DNA of 64,000 nt, taken from positions 11,718,001 to 11,782,000 of the forward strand of contig JBHGNT010000018.1 of NCBI GenBank assembly GCA_043228905.1. Direction: 5' to 3'. This DNA comes from Azolla caroliniana (Eukaryota; Plantae; Polypodiophyta). The notes under the pieces were generated by a model. The model saw only the letters and a program-made list of their open reading frames with translations, was not told where the DNA came from and did not search any database. A program made the translations under genes and the position numbers. Shown here piece by piece: positions 38,834-51,900 of the stretch; the first letter of the stretch is position 1; each line of letters opens with the position of its first letter.

Positions 38834-39197
38834 ATTTCTGGGCGTTGAAGAAGAGGAGGGCCTTGTGGAGGGCGATGGTGTAGTTATCCTCCGGCGGCGG
38901 TGGCGAGTGGTGACGTGGCACGGTCTTGACGATGAGGGTCACGAGGCCAGCAATGAAGAGGGCGGCAACAAAGCCTGCCAGGATGTAGCAGAAGAGCTTG
39001 CGGCTGCAGACCATGCATCCAAGGTCCACGTACTTCTTCTTTTTCTTCTCGGCAGGGCCCAGGAGCCAGCTCTGCTGAGTCTCTTCCAGCCTCTGAAGTG
39101 CCGCCCGATCCATGTCCAGGTTGCGGCTGCGATCGTCGTCCGTGGCCGAGTCCATGGCCACATCGAAAGACCCTCCCCACGCATTGTGCGCATGCAT
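38834..39197 (-). CDS. KOR1: KORRIGAN-like GH9A endo-1,4-beta-glucanase, exon 1 (cytosolic tail, transmembrane anchor)
   Basis: MHAHNAWGGSF..DDDRSRNLD..ETQQSWLL..KKKKYVDLGC..hydrophobic TM..DNYTIALHKALLFFNAQK. GT donor at 38833-38832. Confidence 0.93.
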
Positions 39198-39728
39198 CGT
39201 GTGTTGTGCCTGTGTCTGTGTATCTTTCCTCTTCGATGTCACTCAATACCGATCTGTTCGATCTTATACCAATCTCCACCTAATTAATGCTCATTGGCTG
39301 CTGCTGCTAACTTGGTAGCTCCTCTGATGTGAAATTCAGAAATATCAGATCTAGCTGTATCTAAGCTAGACTATTTTGTTATTTTGTTTGATCAGATCTA
39401 GACGGTGCTAATGTGCTAACATTAATTAAGAGATGAGTTTATTTGGCCACTAGATCTGAGCTTAATGCGCGTTAACTTGAAATGCCAGAGAAAGAGTAAA
39501 GGTGCTGTCTGTGCTGCTGCAGCTCTAGCGTCTTCTCTTCTCTTCTCTTCTCTTCTTCTTTTCTCTTCTTTTCTCTCCCTCCCTTCCTCCGCTTCAGGCT
39601 ATACTATGTAAGACGATGTGTGTGTATGTGTGACAGAGAGAGAGAGAGGGAGTGTGTGTGTGTGTGGTGGGTCGAGAGAAGCAAATAAGGGGAGAGAGCA
39701 GCTGGCATGTAAAAAAGCAATCGAACGC

Positions 39729-39812
<84 letters not shown>
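39729..39812. repeat. Compound (GA)n(GT)n microsatellite upstream of the gene
   Basis: Direct reading. Further GA/CT tracts lie at 39530-39590 and 40095-40135. Confidence 0.95.
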
Positions 39813-39816
<4 letters not shown>

Positions 39817-42800
39817 GTTTATGTGCGCGCAAATGAACAGTGAACACGCATCCTGATATGAAGAGAGAGATTTAATTAAGTGGTATGTATAGATGAGCAA
39901 GAGAGTAAAACGCTGAACTGGAGAGAGTGAGAGAAAGAGAATAGAGGCTACACACTACTACACTACATTATGAAGGGGATGAGATTTAGCGTGCATTGAA
40001 CTGTTATTAATATTAATAAATAAAGGAAGTTCTGTAATATGAAAATATAGTGAATGAACTTGACTGACAGGTGAGAAGAGCTGATGAAATCGAGGGGGAG
40101 AGAGAGAAAGAGAGAGAGAGAGAGGGGGGGGGGGAGGTGGGATCAGTGAATACGACAAATTGCTTTGCTAGCTTGCAAGCACATGTATATGTATGTATAT
40201 ATACATATATGGAGAGGTAGAGAGAGAATATAAATAAATAAAGTGCCAAACGACATACATATACATGCTTGCATGCATGCATGCACATACATAATCATCA
40301 TAATCCATGGACCATGAGTAATAAGTAGTGGGCGTAAGTGAGGACGCGTTTGGGGGTTATAAACTACAAAGAAAAGTTCTCTCTTCTCGAATTTCTACCC
40401 CGCCCCACCACCCCTTTCCTTTTATGTTTCATTGTTATTCTTTTCCTCGCTTTTTGTCTTTTGATGCCCTTAGTCCACATGGGGGGGGTGGACCTTCACG
40501 ATGGTGATGGCCACCGACACCCGTGTCCTTGTCCTCCTCCATCACCTTTGCTTGCTACAAAGAGGCTCTTGTTTGGAAATCCACATTATTTTTCATGTTA
40601 CAAGCCATACTCTTGGGGGCCCTCTTAAGTCTCGATTTTATTTGTTCTATAGACGGTGATCAAGTGACACACTGGCATAAGGAATATTTGGCTATTTGCA
40701 ACAACACTAACCATTCATATGGAAAGGGCACTTTGAGTTGAAATAATGTTAGAATAGATGTTCACGCAATCAAGACAACACATAAGTTACCACCATTTGT
40801 GACTCCGCTTATTTATGCTCTAGCATTTCTATCTAGATCATTTCCCTTGCGCTCTCGCTTTGTCCAAACTCCGTTCCTATTTTTTCCCATCAATTGTAAC
40901 CTCCCCAGGAATACTCTCCACCTATCGCCAAAAGTACATGTTGCCATGTAAATCTCTCGCAAGATTCGTGCACTTAATATGAACCTCGCACAATGGGGGA
41001 GTACAAGACTTTGTTGGCATATGAGCTCTGACACATTGTGCATGCAGGTAATGTTTGGATTTTACAATGCTTTAAATATTAATGAATAGAATTAGTCCAA
41101 AATTGTAGCTTCACTAACCATATGATGCTCCATTTTTAACCACATGGGCTTTAGGTAGTGAACACATTTGTTAGCATTTTCTAATAGGTGCAATCGTTCA
41201 ATCTTAGAATCCTAGTCCAACATTGTGTTTGTTCAAGTCGATAAAGTAGGGGGAAACACACTCTTCTGTCAACATCTCCTTAGGTAGCATTGCCTTTTAA
41301 AAGAAAATGTTGTAGAGAAAATGTCAATGTCAATGTCAATTTTGTAAAGCCATTTTCAAGAAGCCATTAGTTAGGATGTGTTATGTCAAACCAATTGCAC
41401 ATTGTGTTTTAGCGGGTAATGTGTCACTCTTCACATAGCTTCCTACATTGTTAACATGTTTTTCCAATCCACCAACCATTCAAGTAGCAAGATGTTGAAA
41501 TTTCATTTTTTTCCTTTTACTTGTCTTACCTTTTACTTGTCTTACTCAAAACAAGCTTGTCTTACCTTTTACTCATTGAGTGATTGCTTTTGTTTAGAAA
41601 TTAGATCAAAATTAAATGATCTTTTGTAGGCTTTCTTCACTCAATATGATGTTTTGGATCCAATCAATGCCTCTATGTGTTTTGGTAACTCGCCATCTAA
41701 TTGAGTCCGCTTAGCATCCAAGAAATTAGATTGTCTATTTGAATTTTGGATATTGTCTCAGTGCTTTTCTGAATAAAAAATGGAGGATATCAAATTGAGG
41801 AAGGGAATGCCACTAGCAACATAGTGATGGAAAATGAAGCATAAAGCATTTAAGAAACAAGTTCTACAAGAGTTATGCTTAGGATATGGCTTAGGCCATA
41901 ATTTTAATTTGGTGCAAGCCATATATATGATTTGGGGATAAATTTTTATAGAGAATATAATTCACGTCTACAAGGGGAATAATGATAGGCATAAAGACAA
42001 AAGAAATAGCAAAAGTGAAGAAAAAAAATCAATGATAAGATAACGTAAGAAAACAATACTAAGGGTGGAGAATGTTTTTTCAACTCTTTTTGCGTTATTT
42101 TTGAAGGATGAGTAAGTCTATAGAAGGGGGGGTTGTGTTCTATAATAGGGAGGAAGAAAATGAGCCATCACACACATGTTTTGGATGTTGGACAAGGCTA
42201 CAATGTGGTTGACGAAGTAGAGGTACCACTGTCTATTGAAGGCATCACATACCATGAAAAAGTGATTGTTTGTAATTATATGCTCCAACAATGTATTCTC
42301 CATATGAGGCAAAACGTAGTCAGAATCAAGTGAGTTCTACATAAATTTTATTTCTTTCCTATTTGAGGCAAATAATGTGTGAATTGGGTGTTGTATGCTA
42401 GATTAAGCAAGAACCCTTTATAAAATAGGGTATAAAGTTGTTTGAATGATAGACTACAACAGTGATAACTAAGAGTTAACCACTAACATAAAATAGGGAA
42501 AAGCGAAGGTAAGGGAGGGTTGAAGCTTTCGGTGGTGGTGAGAGGAGTGGGCTACCGACAACGACCACTTTGGATAGCTATGATGCCTCGATTTGGAGTA
42601 GTCTTCTCAGCCACTCCATCCTCCTTTCGAACGGTTAGTAAGCAAGCTGGTTGAACCCCTCCTTGATGCCGCCACACATAACAAGCTTGATGATGTTGGA
42701 GACCACGATTGTGGTGCCCCGAAACAAGGCCAACTCAAAACTAGCCCCAAAGTGAGTCATGAAGGAACGAAGGAGCCCCAAAATGATTTGGCACAGTCCC

Positions 42801-43416
42801 AATCGGAGTTGGCACGAGCATGACCCAAGCAAGGTTTGGGTTGGGATAGTCCCATGCTGCCACCAGTCCCAACCTAAATGGGCACCCTTGAAGGGACATA
42901 GTCCTAGTCCCAATCCCAATCCCAATGCCATCTTGGATTGAGATAGCCCAATCCCAATAGGCAGTTCCACTTGGGACTCCTCCACAACTAGTCCAACGGC
43001 TAGCCCAATGGCTAGCCTCAACGTTCATTCTTTGCCCCAACACCAAGGAAGCCCAATAGCTACCTCTTGGCATAACGACTTGGGAAACCCAACAACCACC
43101 TCTTGGCATAACCCAACAACCACCCCTTAACCTATATATGGAGCTTCTCCTCATTTTGATCATTCATGTTGTGACTTGAGAGCAAGAGAGAGACAATCGA
43201 AGAACGATGATGATAGAAGGTAGAGAGAGAAAGAAACGGGTAGGAGTTTATATTATAAGAGAACAAGGGTCACAAAGAGTAGGCTAAGGGGTTGAAGACA
43301 AGTGTTGGACCGGATGAGTCATCGAATGAGTCTTGATGAATGAGTAGACACCTATTTATAGGTGTAAATAATCTCGTGTGTAATTATGTAGTACGAAAAT
43401 AGATTAGAGATTTGTG

Positions 43417-45483
43417 TGTTATGTGTGTATATAAGAGAAGAGAGAAGAGAGACACGATATAGGAAAAACAGAATCCAAATTGTATATTCACAAGAACAAG
43501 AATGACAACCAACAATTACAAAAGGAGAGATGAGGGTGCTTATAAGTTCACCCTCTCTCTACATTATCTCACTAGAATGCCCTCTCGGGAAGGGGGAGAA
43601 CTTAACTAACTCATTAACTATGTGTCATAGGAGTTACATTCTATGACACATTAGTTATTGTTACACAATGGTGGTGTGTTCACACACTTGCATATTCTTA
43701 AGGTGTGTGTTCACACCCTAGAGCAAGTTGAGTTTGATTCTCAACACACCCCTTCAAGCTCAACTTTTGGTGTAAGTCAGCTTTCGGTGTTGGCTTCGGC
43801 TTTAATGTCCGGCTTTCGAATCCGCTAGTGTCCAACTTCCGTCCGCTTTCAGCTCCACTAGTATCTGACTTCTTTCATCCTTCGCTCCCCCTCAAGCTTG
43901 GCAATTTGGAAGTTGAAAGACCAAGCTCCGACAAGAATTGCCGAAACTTGTCAACTCCTAGGGCTTTCGTAAATATGTCGGCCATCTGAAGATTCATGTT
44001 GATATGTTGAAGGTTGACATCCCTCGCAAGGACACATTCTCTCATTAACTATGTGTCATAGGAGTTACATTCTATGACACATTAGTTATTGTTACACAAT
44101 GGTGGTGTGTTCACACACTTGCATATTCTTAAGGTGTGTGTTCACACCCTAGAGTAAGTTGAGTTTGATTCTCAACACACCCCTTCAAGCTCAACTTTTG
44201 GTGTAAGTCAGCTTTCGGTGTTGGCTTCGGCTTTGATGTCCAGCTTTCGAATCCGCTAGTGTCCAACTTCCGTCCGCTTTCAACTCCACTAGTATCTGAC
44301 TTCTTTCATCCTTCGCTCCCCCTCAAGCTTGGCAATTTGGAAGTTGAAAGACCAAGCTCCGACAAGAATTTTCGAAACTTGTAAACTCCTAGGGCTTTCG
44401 TAAATATGTCGGCCATCTGAAGATTCATGCTGATATGTTGAAGGTTGACATCCCTCGCAAGGACACATTCTCTCATTAACTATGTGTCATAGGAGTTACA
44501 TTCTATGACACATTAGTTATTGTTACACAGTGGTGGTGTGTTCACACACTTGCATATTCTTAAGGTGTGTGTTCACACCCTAGAGTAAGTTGAGTTTGAT
44601 TCTCAACACACCCCTTCAAGCTCAACTTTTGGTGTAAGTCAACTTTCGGTGTTGGCTTCGGCTTTGATGTCCAGCTTTCGAATCCGCTAGTGTCCAACTT
44701 CCGTCCGCTTTCAGCTCCACTAGTATCTGACTTCTTTCATCCTTTGCTCCCCCCCAAGCTCGGCAATTTGGAAGTTGAAAGACCAAGCTCCGACAAGAAT
44801 TGCCGAAACTTGTAAACTCCTAGGGCTTTCGTAAATATGTCGGCCATCTGAAGATTCATGTTGATATGTTGAAGGTTGACATCCCTCGCAAGGACACATT
44901 CTCTCATTAACTATGTGTCATAGGAGTTACATTCTATGACACATTAGTTATTGTTACACAGTGGTGGTGTGTTCACACACTTGCATATTCTTAAGGTGTG
45001 TGTTCACACCCTAGAGTAAGTTGAGTTTGATTCTCAACACACCCCTTCAAGCTCAACTTTTGGTGTAAGTCAACTTTCGGTGTTGGCTTCGGCTTTGATG
45101 TCCAACTTTCGAATCCGCTAGTGTCCAACTTCCGTCCGCTTTCAACTCCACTAGTATCTGATTTCTTTCATCCTTCGCTCCCCCCCAAGCTCGGCAATTT
45201 GGAAGTTGAAAGACCAAGCTCCGACAAGAATTTTCGAAACTTGTCAACTCCTAGGGCTTTCGTAAATATGTCGGTCGTCTGAAGATTCATGCTAATATGT
45301 TGAAGGTCGACATCTCTTGCAAGGACACATTCTCATATGATGTGGTAGTGCACCTCGATGTGCTTTGTTCAAGCATGGAAGACAGGGTTCCGAGCAAGAT
45401 GGATATTGTTGAGATTGTCGCAGTAGATCAAGATTGGGTCGTTGATGGAGACGTCCAGGTCTTTCAAAACCCTCTTAAGCCAT
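43417..45483 (-). mobile_element. 3' end of a copia element (LTR about 43417-43746, PPT, RNase H) with internal tandem amplification; left boundary approximate
   Basis: RNase H motifs on the minus strand (YCDNLNNIHLARNPVFHA*TKHIEVHYH, ADIFTKALG). PPT GAAGGGGTG precedes TGTTGAGA. Confidence 0.8.
43610..45336. repeat. Tandem array, 4 x 431 bp
   Basis: Unit starts CTCATTAACTATG at 43610, 44041, 44472 and 44903. Confidence 0.97.
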
Positions 45484-47103
45484 TGTTGGGCTAAAAGGTC
45501 CACTCTACCCACTTGTATCATAATGTGAATACGTCCTCACAATTAGGGCCAAGTTACCCTAACTATATAAGTGAGAGACTAAGCATTGTAAATAGGAGTT
45601 CGGAGGTTAATGCAATATAGTCTTCTTTTGAGCACATAGTCATCTCTCTTTCTCCACACAATCATCTTGTCTATCTGCTACTCTTCTTGTTTGTCTGAGT
45701 AACTAACCAACAGGTCTGCAACTTCCACATCATCAACTGGTATCAGAGCAACTTGCAGTTCGGGAACAATAAGAACACAAATTTGAGAAGAAAAGAAACG
45801 GCTGAAAGAAAGGACCAGGTCATCAAATCTCACTTCTTGTAGAACATGGCTTCAGCATCCAGCACAAGAGTAGAAATTCGAAAGTTCGATGGTAAAAGCT
45901 TTGCCCTATGGAAGATGATGCAAGATGTATTGATCATATGGCGTCAAATTGAGGCAATATGACACAACACCAAGCTAGGCTCGATGACAGCAAACGAATG
46001 ACGCTCCCCGGACGAAATAGCCAAATCGACCATCCGAATGCATCTGGCCAAGAATGTCTACTTCAGCATGGCCAAAGAGACGTTTGCATTTGCCTCGTGG
46101 GAGAAGTTCCAAGTGTTACCTATAGGAGTTATACGGGTGTATGTGTAATATATATGAGAGTGTGAGGATGAATATGTGTATGAACACATGCAAAATTATG
46201 TGCATTTGTGTAATGGTCTTTTTTGTAATAGTCATATTATGTAACCGTTACATTTGATGTACTATATAAACCCCTTATGGGGCATGTAATGCAATATAGA
46301 TTTTTCCCTCTCACTTTTGGTGTCATTCTTTATTTCTCTTTCCCTCTCCCTCTCTCTCTCTCTCTCCCTCATACGTAACCCCCCTTGGGAGGGGGTTGGA
46401 GCCATTCTTGGTTTCACCCCCCACCCATTAACACTGGCACCTATGACCGACCCTCCCTTGAGAAGAAGTCTCTCTCTCTTTCTCCCTATTTATGTGTGTG
46501 TGTGTGTGTGTGTGTTTGCTTCCTTATCTCTAGGTTGTAGAAAGAAGACGTCTCTTTCCATGATGAGATGGAAGAACACCTCATCAACCGTTTATGAAAA
46601 GAAGTCCTCCTCATCGAAGCTTATATTGATCTAACAACTATTCAATATGAAGATGAGAGAGACGGATCCAACGACCTCTCACATCAACACCTTCAGCCGG
46701 GTGTTGTCTAAAATCTCCTCCCAAAGGATTAACTTCGAAGAAGAAGTTAAAACCCTTGCCCTCCTTTCGAGCTTGCCAACGAGTTGGGAGGTGTTCTGTA
46801 TGGCTTCTGCCAATGGTTTTCTGAATTTAAATTTAGATGGGACGATCGGACAAGTCCTCTTGGAGGACATTTGACGAAAATCGATGGGACTAACCATCGA
46901 CGAGTCAGTAGAATCCTGCCATTCGACCGAGTCTATCAACCGATCCAATCGATCTAGAGATCAAGAAGGAAGAACCGGTCGACACACCAATCGACCAAGA
47001 AAGAGGGAGGACCGACAATAGTTGAAGTCGATCAATAGCCGACCAGGTGATTTTTGCACCCATTGTAGAAAAGCCGATCACAATGTTTTTTTTTGTAGTC
47101 AAC
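45484..47103 (+). mobile_element. 5' part of a second copia family (LTR 45484-45735, PBS 45738-45749, decayed gag)
   Basis: TGTTGG..CATCA LTR and TGGTATCAGAGC PBS. Gag start MASASSTRVEIRKFDGKSFALWK, LLSSLPTSWE, and knuckle CTHCRKADH. Confidence 0.82.
46114..46583. mobile_element. Probable solo LTR inserted in gag
   Basis: TG..CA segment with a TATA-like CTATATAAAC and CT/GT tracts interrupting WEKFQ/VYEKKS. The TSD is imperfect. Confidence 0.55.
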
Positions 47104-47714
47104 TGTTACGAGCATGACCATATAATATCCCGTGGTAAGATTGTACCGTAGTATTCTATACACGTGGATAAAGTGTGAGGGTTAAACAAGAGTGTAAAGA
47201 AGGGAAGGATTACTTTTACTACTTGGGATTGAGACAACCCATAGACCAAGTGTGATTGTTAGAGCTAGGTACTAATGTAAGCATGAGATAAGGATATAAA
47301 ATATAAATAGATAAGAAAGGAGAGAGAGAAAGAAGGGTGCTGATCCACTAGACCACCCCCAAGCGAAGGGATCAAGATGGACTCGAGCCTCGATCGGTGT
47401 CCCATACCACCGTTGTGGCGTCGAGTCGTACCGGGTATTGGGCGGTCATGACAAGAGTTGATCAACCACAAGGTCAGAGTCTCGACGTAGTCAAGATATG
47501 ATCAAATGAAGGTAGTTAGGCCTCATATTTATAGCCAAACCTAAGCCCCCCCCATGCAAGTTCACACTTGGGCTAATGGGTTGTCTCAATCCCAAGGATT
47601 AAAAGTAATCCTTCCCTTCTTTACACTCTAGTTTAACCCTGACACTTTATCCACGTGTATAGAATACTACGGTACAATCTTACCACGGGATATTATATGG
47701 TCATGCCTGTAACA
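47104..47714 (-). repeat. 3' LTR with ~150-bp terminal inverted arms (47104-47255 and 47562-47714)
   Basis: The arms are reverse complements with a 65-bp perfect stretch. TG..CA ends, 3 nt from the PPT. Confidence 0.88.
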
Positions 47715-48901
47715 TACTCCCCCCCCTCTTTAAAACATTGCACTCTTGCAATGGAAAGTTACGGAAGTTAGTTCTAAGAGTATTTTCATGTTCCCATGTG
47801 GCATCTTTGATAGACTTATCCATCCATTTACTTTTAAATTCTCATATTATTTTAGAACGTAAATGTTTTGTTTTAACATAGAGAATTCTTTCTAGTACAT
47901 GTGGTTTAGAAGATAATTCTTTAGAAGTAACCGGAGTTTCAGTTGTAACTGTATTGTCGCCAGAACCAAGAAGTTCTTTTCGATGACTTACATGAAAAAC
48001 TAGATGGATTTCAATGCCATCAGGAAGAGCGAGACGATAGGCTGATGAACCAATGCATTTGAGGACTGTAAAAGGTCCACAAAACTGTGGGGCTAACTTA
48101 GCGCACTTACCCGTAGACAAATGTCTTAGAATTGTGAGGTACATGTAAAAATATCTTCTGTCCAAGGTTGAATACATGAGGTTGCCTATTATGATCGGCA
48201 TAAAAACGTGCTCTATCTTGAGCTGTTTTTAAATTATCTCGTGCAATATGCAAAATATCTTGCATATCCTGAAGAATGTTTTGCGTACTTCGCAACTCAT
48301 CATGATGTATATTAACATCAATTGCGGCTCGTGGCTAAAAAGCATACATCAACATAAAAGGACTATATCTCGTTGATGTATGCTTGGAGCTGTTATAAGC
48401 AATCTCCAAAATGGGGAGATAACGTTCCCATTTTGTTGGTTTTGCACCAACGTATGCTCGAAGCATGTCCTCAATAATTTGATTTACTTGTTCTATCTAT
48501 CCATCGGATTGAGGATGATCCGTGGAGCTCATGCTCAATGTAGTTTCTAACTTCTTAAAGACTTGTGTCCAAAAGTCGCTAGTAAACGTTGGATCTCGAT
48601 CACTCACGATATCCGTCGGTAACCCATAGAAACGAAATAACTCGTCAACGAATTGGTAAGCCAATTCAGGAGTTGTTATCGTGGTTTTAGTAGCAATAAA
48701 TTTTGCCATTTTAGTTAGTCTATCAACCACAACCTAGATGGCATCATGGCCTTTTTGAGTGCGAGGAAGGCTAACAATAAAATCCATGGATATACTTTAC
48801 CACTTATTGTTGGGAATTTCCAAGGGATGTAAAAGTTATGCGGCTTTAAGTTGCTCGGCTTTGTTAACTTGGCATTGGTGGCATTTATTCATATAGCTAT
48901 G

Positions 48902-51900
48902 TGTTGAACGACAAGCTCAACCGGATCCGGATCGACTAAATAAGCCTGAGCCAGATCGGTGAGCCAGTAACCAAGTGAGCCGGTTAGCCGGATCCAGCAG
49001 TAACCGGAAGCCTAGTAGCAGCCTAGACTACTAGGTACTTAATGTCTCGTAGTTAGTGTTAGGCGCTCGTGTGAGCATTGAAGTACACCGTACTTCTGTC
49101 AGTCATCTTAGGACTTGTATAAATAGTGTTGTTGAGCATGTTTATGGACAGAGAATTTTATAGAGTTGTTGATAATAGATTTAAGTTGTTTTGCTCTTTC
49201 TCTGTCTCTCCTGCGTACCTTTTGTGTGTTAATCTCTCTCTCTCTCTCTCTCTCTCTGTTGCTATCCGGCTAAGCCGGTTGTCTAATGCTTCCGCACTTT
49301 CGTTTTTACATGGTATCAAAGCGCGAGGGTTGAGAACCTCTACAGTCGACATCAGCATCTGAAGACAAACCCTAAGACCCGATAAGAATAGAAAGAGAAG
49401 TGATGGATAGAGGAATGGCTAGCTTGCTCTCGGTGGAGAAGCTCGACAGATCCAACTACGCATCTTGGTCATACAAGATGCACCAGTACTTACTTGGGCA
49501 TGGTTATTGGAGCTATGTCGACGGAGCTAACGACACAACACCTGATGCGGCACACAAGGACTTCCTAGTGTGGGAACAAGCAACAAGCAGAGTGATGTAC
49601 TGCTTTGTGTCCAGTGTCGGAGACCAGTTGCTGAGCCATGTCCGAGATGCCAAGACGCCAAAAGAAGCTTGGGGAAACCTGAAGAAGGTTTTCGCAGCAA
49701 GCACTACGGCCCAGAAGCTGCAACTCTGACAGGAGTTGAGCAATGTCTGACAGAAGGACATGTCGGTAGCCGATTACACAGCTCGAATCAAAGAGATCTG
49801 TGACTACCTCTATCAACGTCACTGTAGAGGAAGATGAGATGGTGAAGATCTGTCTTGGGGGCCTAACGTCTAAGTTTAGAGCGTTCCGAACGGCGGTATG
49901 TACAAGGGAGAATACGCCGTCATTTTTTGACTTACAATCGATGCTCCTTGTAGAGGAGAATCACGCCGGTGCGTCAGCAAGTGCACCCACCGACAACCGG
50001 ATGTTGTACACGGAGGCGGATCAGCCCTGTGGGCATGGTGGACGAGGCGAGTTGGCTCGCAATGGTAGCGGCCGGCAAGAGCAGGACTGAAGGCACAAAG
50101 AATGTGCCGATAGCAGTTCTGGACCCTCCACAAGCAGGGGGAGTCAAGGTGGCATCGGAGGCCGACACAGAATGTTGGTACTATGGTAAAAAGGGCCACA
50201 GAGAAAGAAAGTGTTGGAAGAAGCGCGCCGATTCAGACAGATCCGGATCCGGCAAGGCTGACAGAGAGAACTGACAATACTCGCACTACGCAAAAGGATC
50301 GGGAGGATCCAAAACCGGAAAAGCCGGTAAAGGGTCAGCCTTGGTGATGAAACACGAGGCTAACTCGATGAAGAAGACCACTTCCAAATCGGAGGAAGTG
50401 TGGTATGTTGATTCCGGTGCGTCGAATCACATGATGAGCCACAAAGAGTGGTTCTCTTTCTTGGAGAAACCGGCACAATCGGGAGTCATCGAAACCGGAG
50501 ATGACACTCCTCACCCAATCGTGCATATTAGAGAAGTCCCTTTGAGCCATGTCGGACAAAGGGGGAAACTCATGAACATGTTACACGTCCCGACAATCAC
50601 GAAGAATCTGGTGTCGGTCGGGCAGATCATCAATCAGGGGATGTAGGTGCGGTTTATGCACCTTGGGTGCTTCATCGAGGAAGAGGGCCAGATTATTGCG
50701 CAAGGGCGCAGAGATGGGAGGATGTTCATCCTCGACACTAATGACGTCGGCACCGCTTTGTTCACCAAAGGACAGAAGATTGAATCGGATATTGATCTCT
50801 GCCACGAGCGGATTGGCCACATCAATTACCGGAGGTTTCAAGACCTACAAACGAAACAAGTTGTTTTCGGTTTGCCAAAGTCCAGTGGCCGGAAGGTCCA
50901 AATATGTGAAGCTTGCCAACTCGGGAAGCAACACAGGCTTCCATTCCCCACTGAACGAAATCGTAGCCGTAACAAGCTCGACCTTATTCATTCGGATGTA
51001 TGGGGACCGACACAGAATGTTAGTCTTGGTGGGAGTCGATACTTCGTCTCCTTCATTGATGACTACAACCGGCACACATGGATCTACCTCATTGAGCGGA
51101 AGAGGGAAGTCTTCAAGTGTTTCCGGAACCTGCAAAGCCTGGTTGAACGGGAAACAGAGAGGAAGATCAAGTGCTTGCGGTTGGATGGCAGAAAAGAATA
51201 ATTTTCCGGCCAATTCAACAGTTATCTACAGCAAAAAGGAATTCGGAGAGAGTTCAACTGCAGATACACACTGGAGCAAAACGGTGTGGCCGAGAGGAAG
51301 AACCAGTCGATTATTGAAGCGGCAAGGGCGATGTTGGAAGAGAAGAGCATGCCCAAATTCTACTGGGCTGAGGCGGTCCAGACGGCCGTCTATATCCAAA
51401 ACCGGATTGGTGACAAGGTGTCCATGCATGAGCTATATTTCGGGCACAAGCCGAATTTGAGACACCTTCGGATATTTGGAAGTATTGCATATGTGCATGT
51501 GCCAGATGAGAAGCGGAGGAAGTTGGATGCAAAGTCGGAGAAATGCATCCTAATTGGTTACTCGCATGACCAAAAGCGGTATAAGTGCTATAAACCCCGG
51601 ACGAAGCAGGTCCGAGTAAGCCGAGATGTTGAGTTTGATGAGACGGCATCATGGTATGCCTTACCGGCTCCGACTTCCGACCCCGACCCGATACTGGAGG
51701 ATGAGACTAGTGAGCCTGAACCGGTCTTGTTAGAAGATGAAGGGTTTGAGACTCTAGATGTGAGTCCAGAATCGTTTCGGTTGAGCGGGCCGAACGAGCG
51801 ACTGGGTTAGACAGACCAGTCGGAAGCTGAACCGGTGAGTAGTGGAGACTCTGCCATGTTCCCCCCGCGCCCGGAACCGAGAAGACGGTTCATGCGCAAG

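Noticed and set aside
39280-39294. Tiny uORF (MSIN*) upstream of the KOR start
   Set aside because: The TSS is unknown and a 4-codon uORF is expected by chance.
39604-40288. ORFs with THTH/LSLS/CVCV runs
   Set aside because: Translations of dinucleotide microsatellites.
47104-47714. Interpretation as a MITE or Mutator foldback insertion
   Set aside because: No TSD; TG..CA ends and exact placement after a PPT favour an LTR. Kept only as the refuting alternative.
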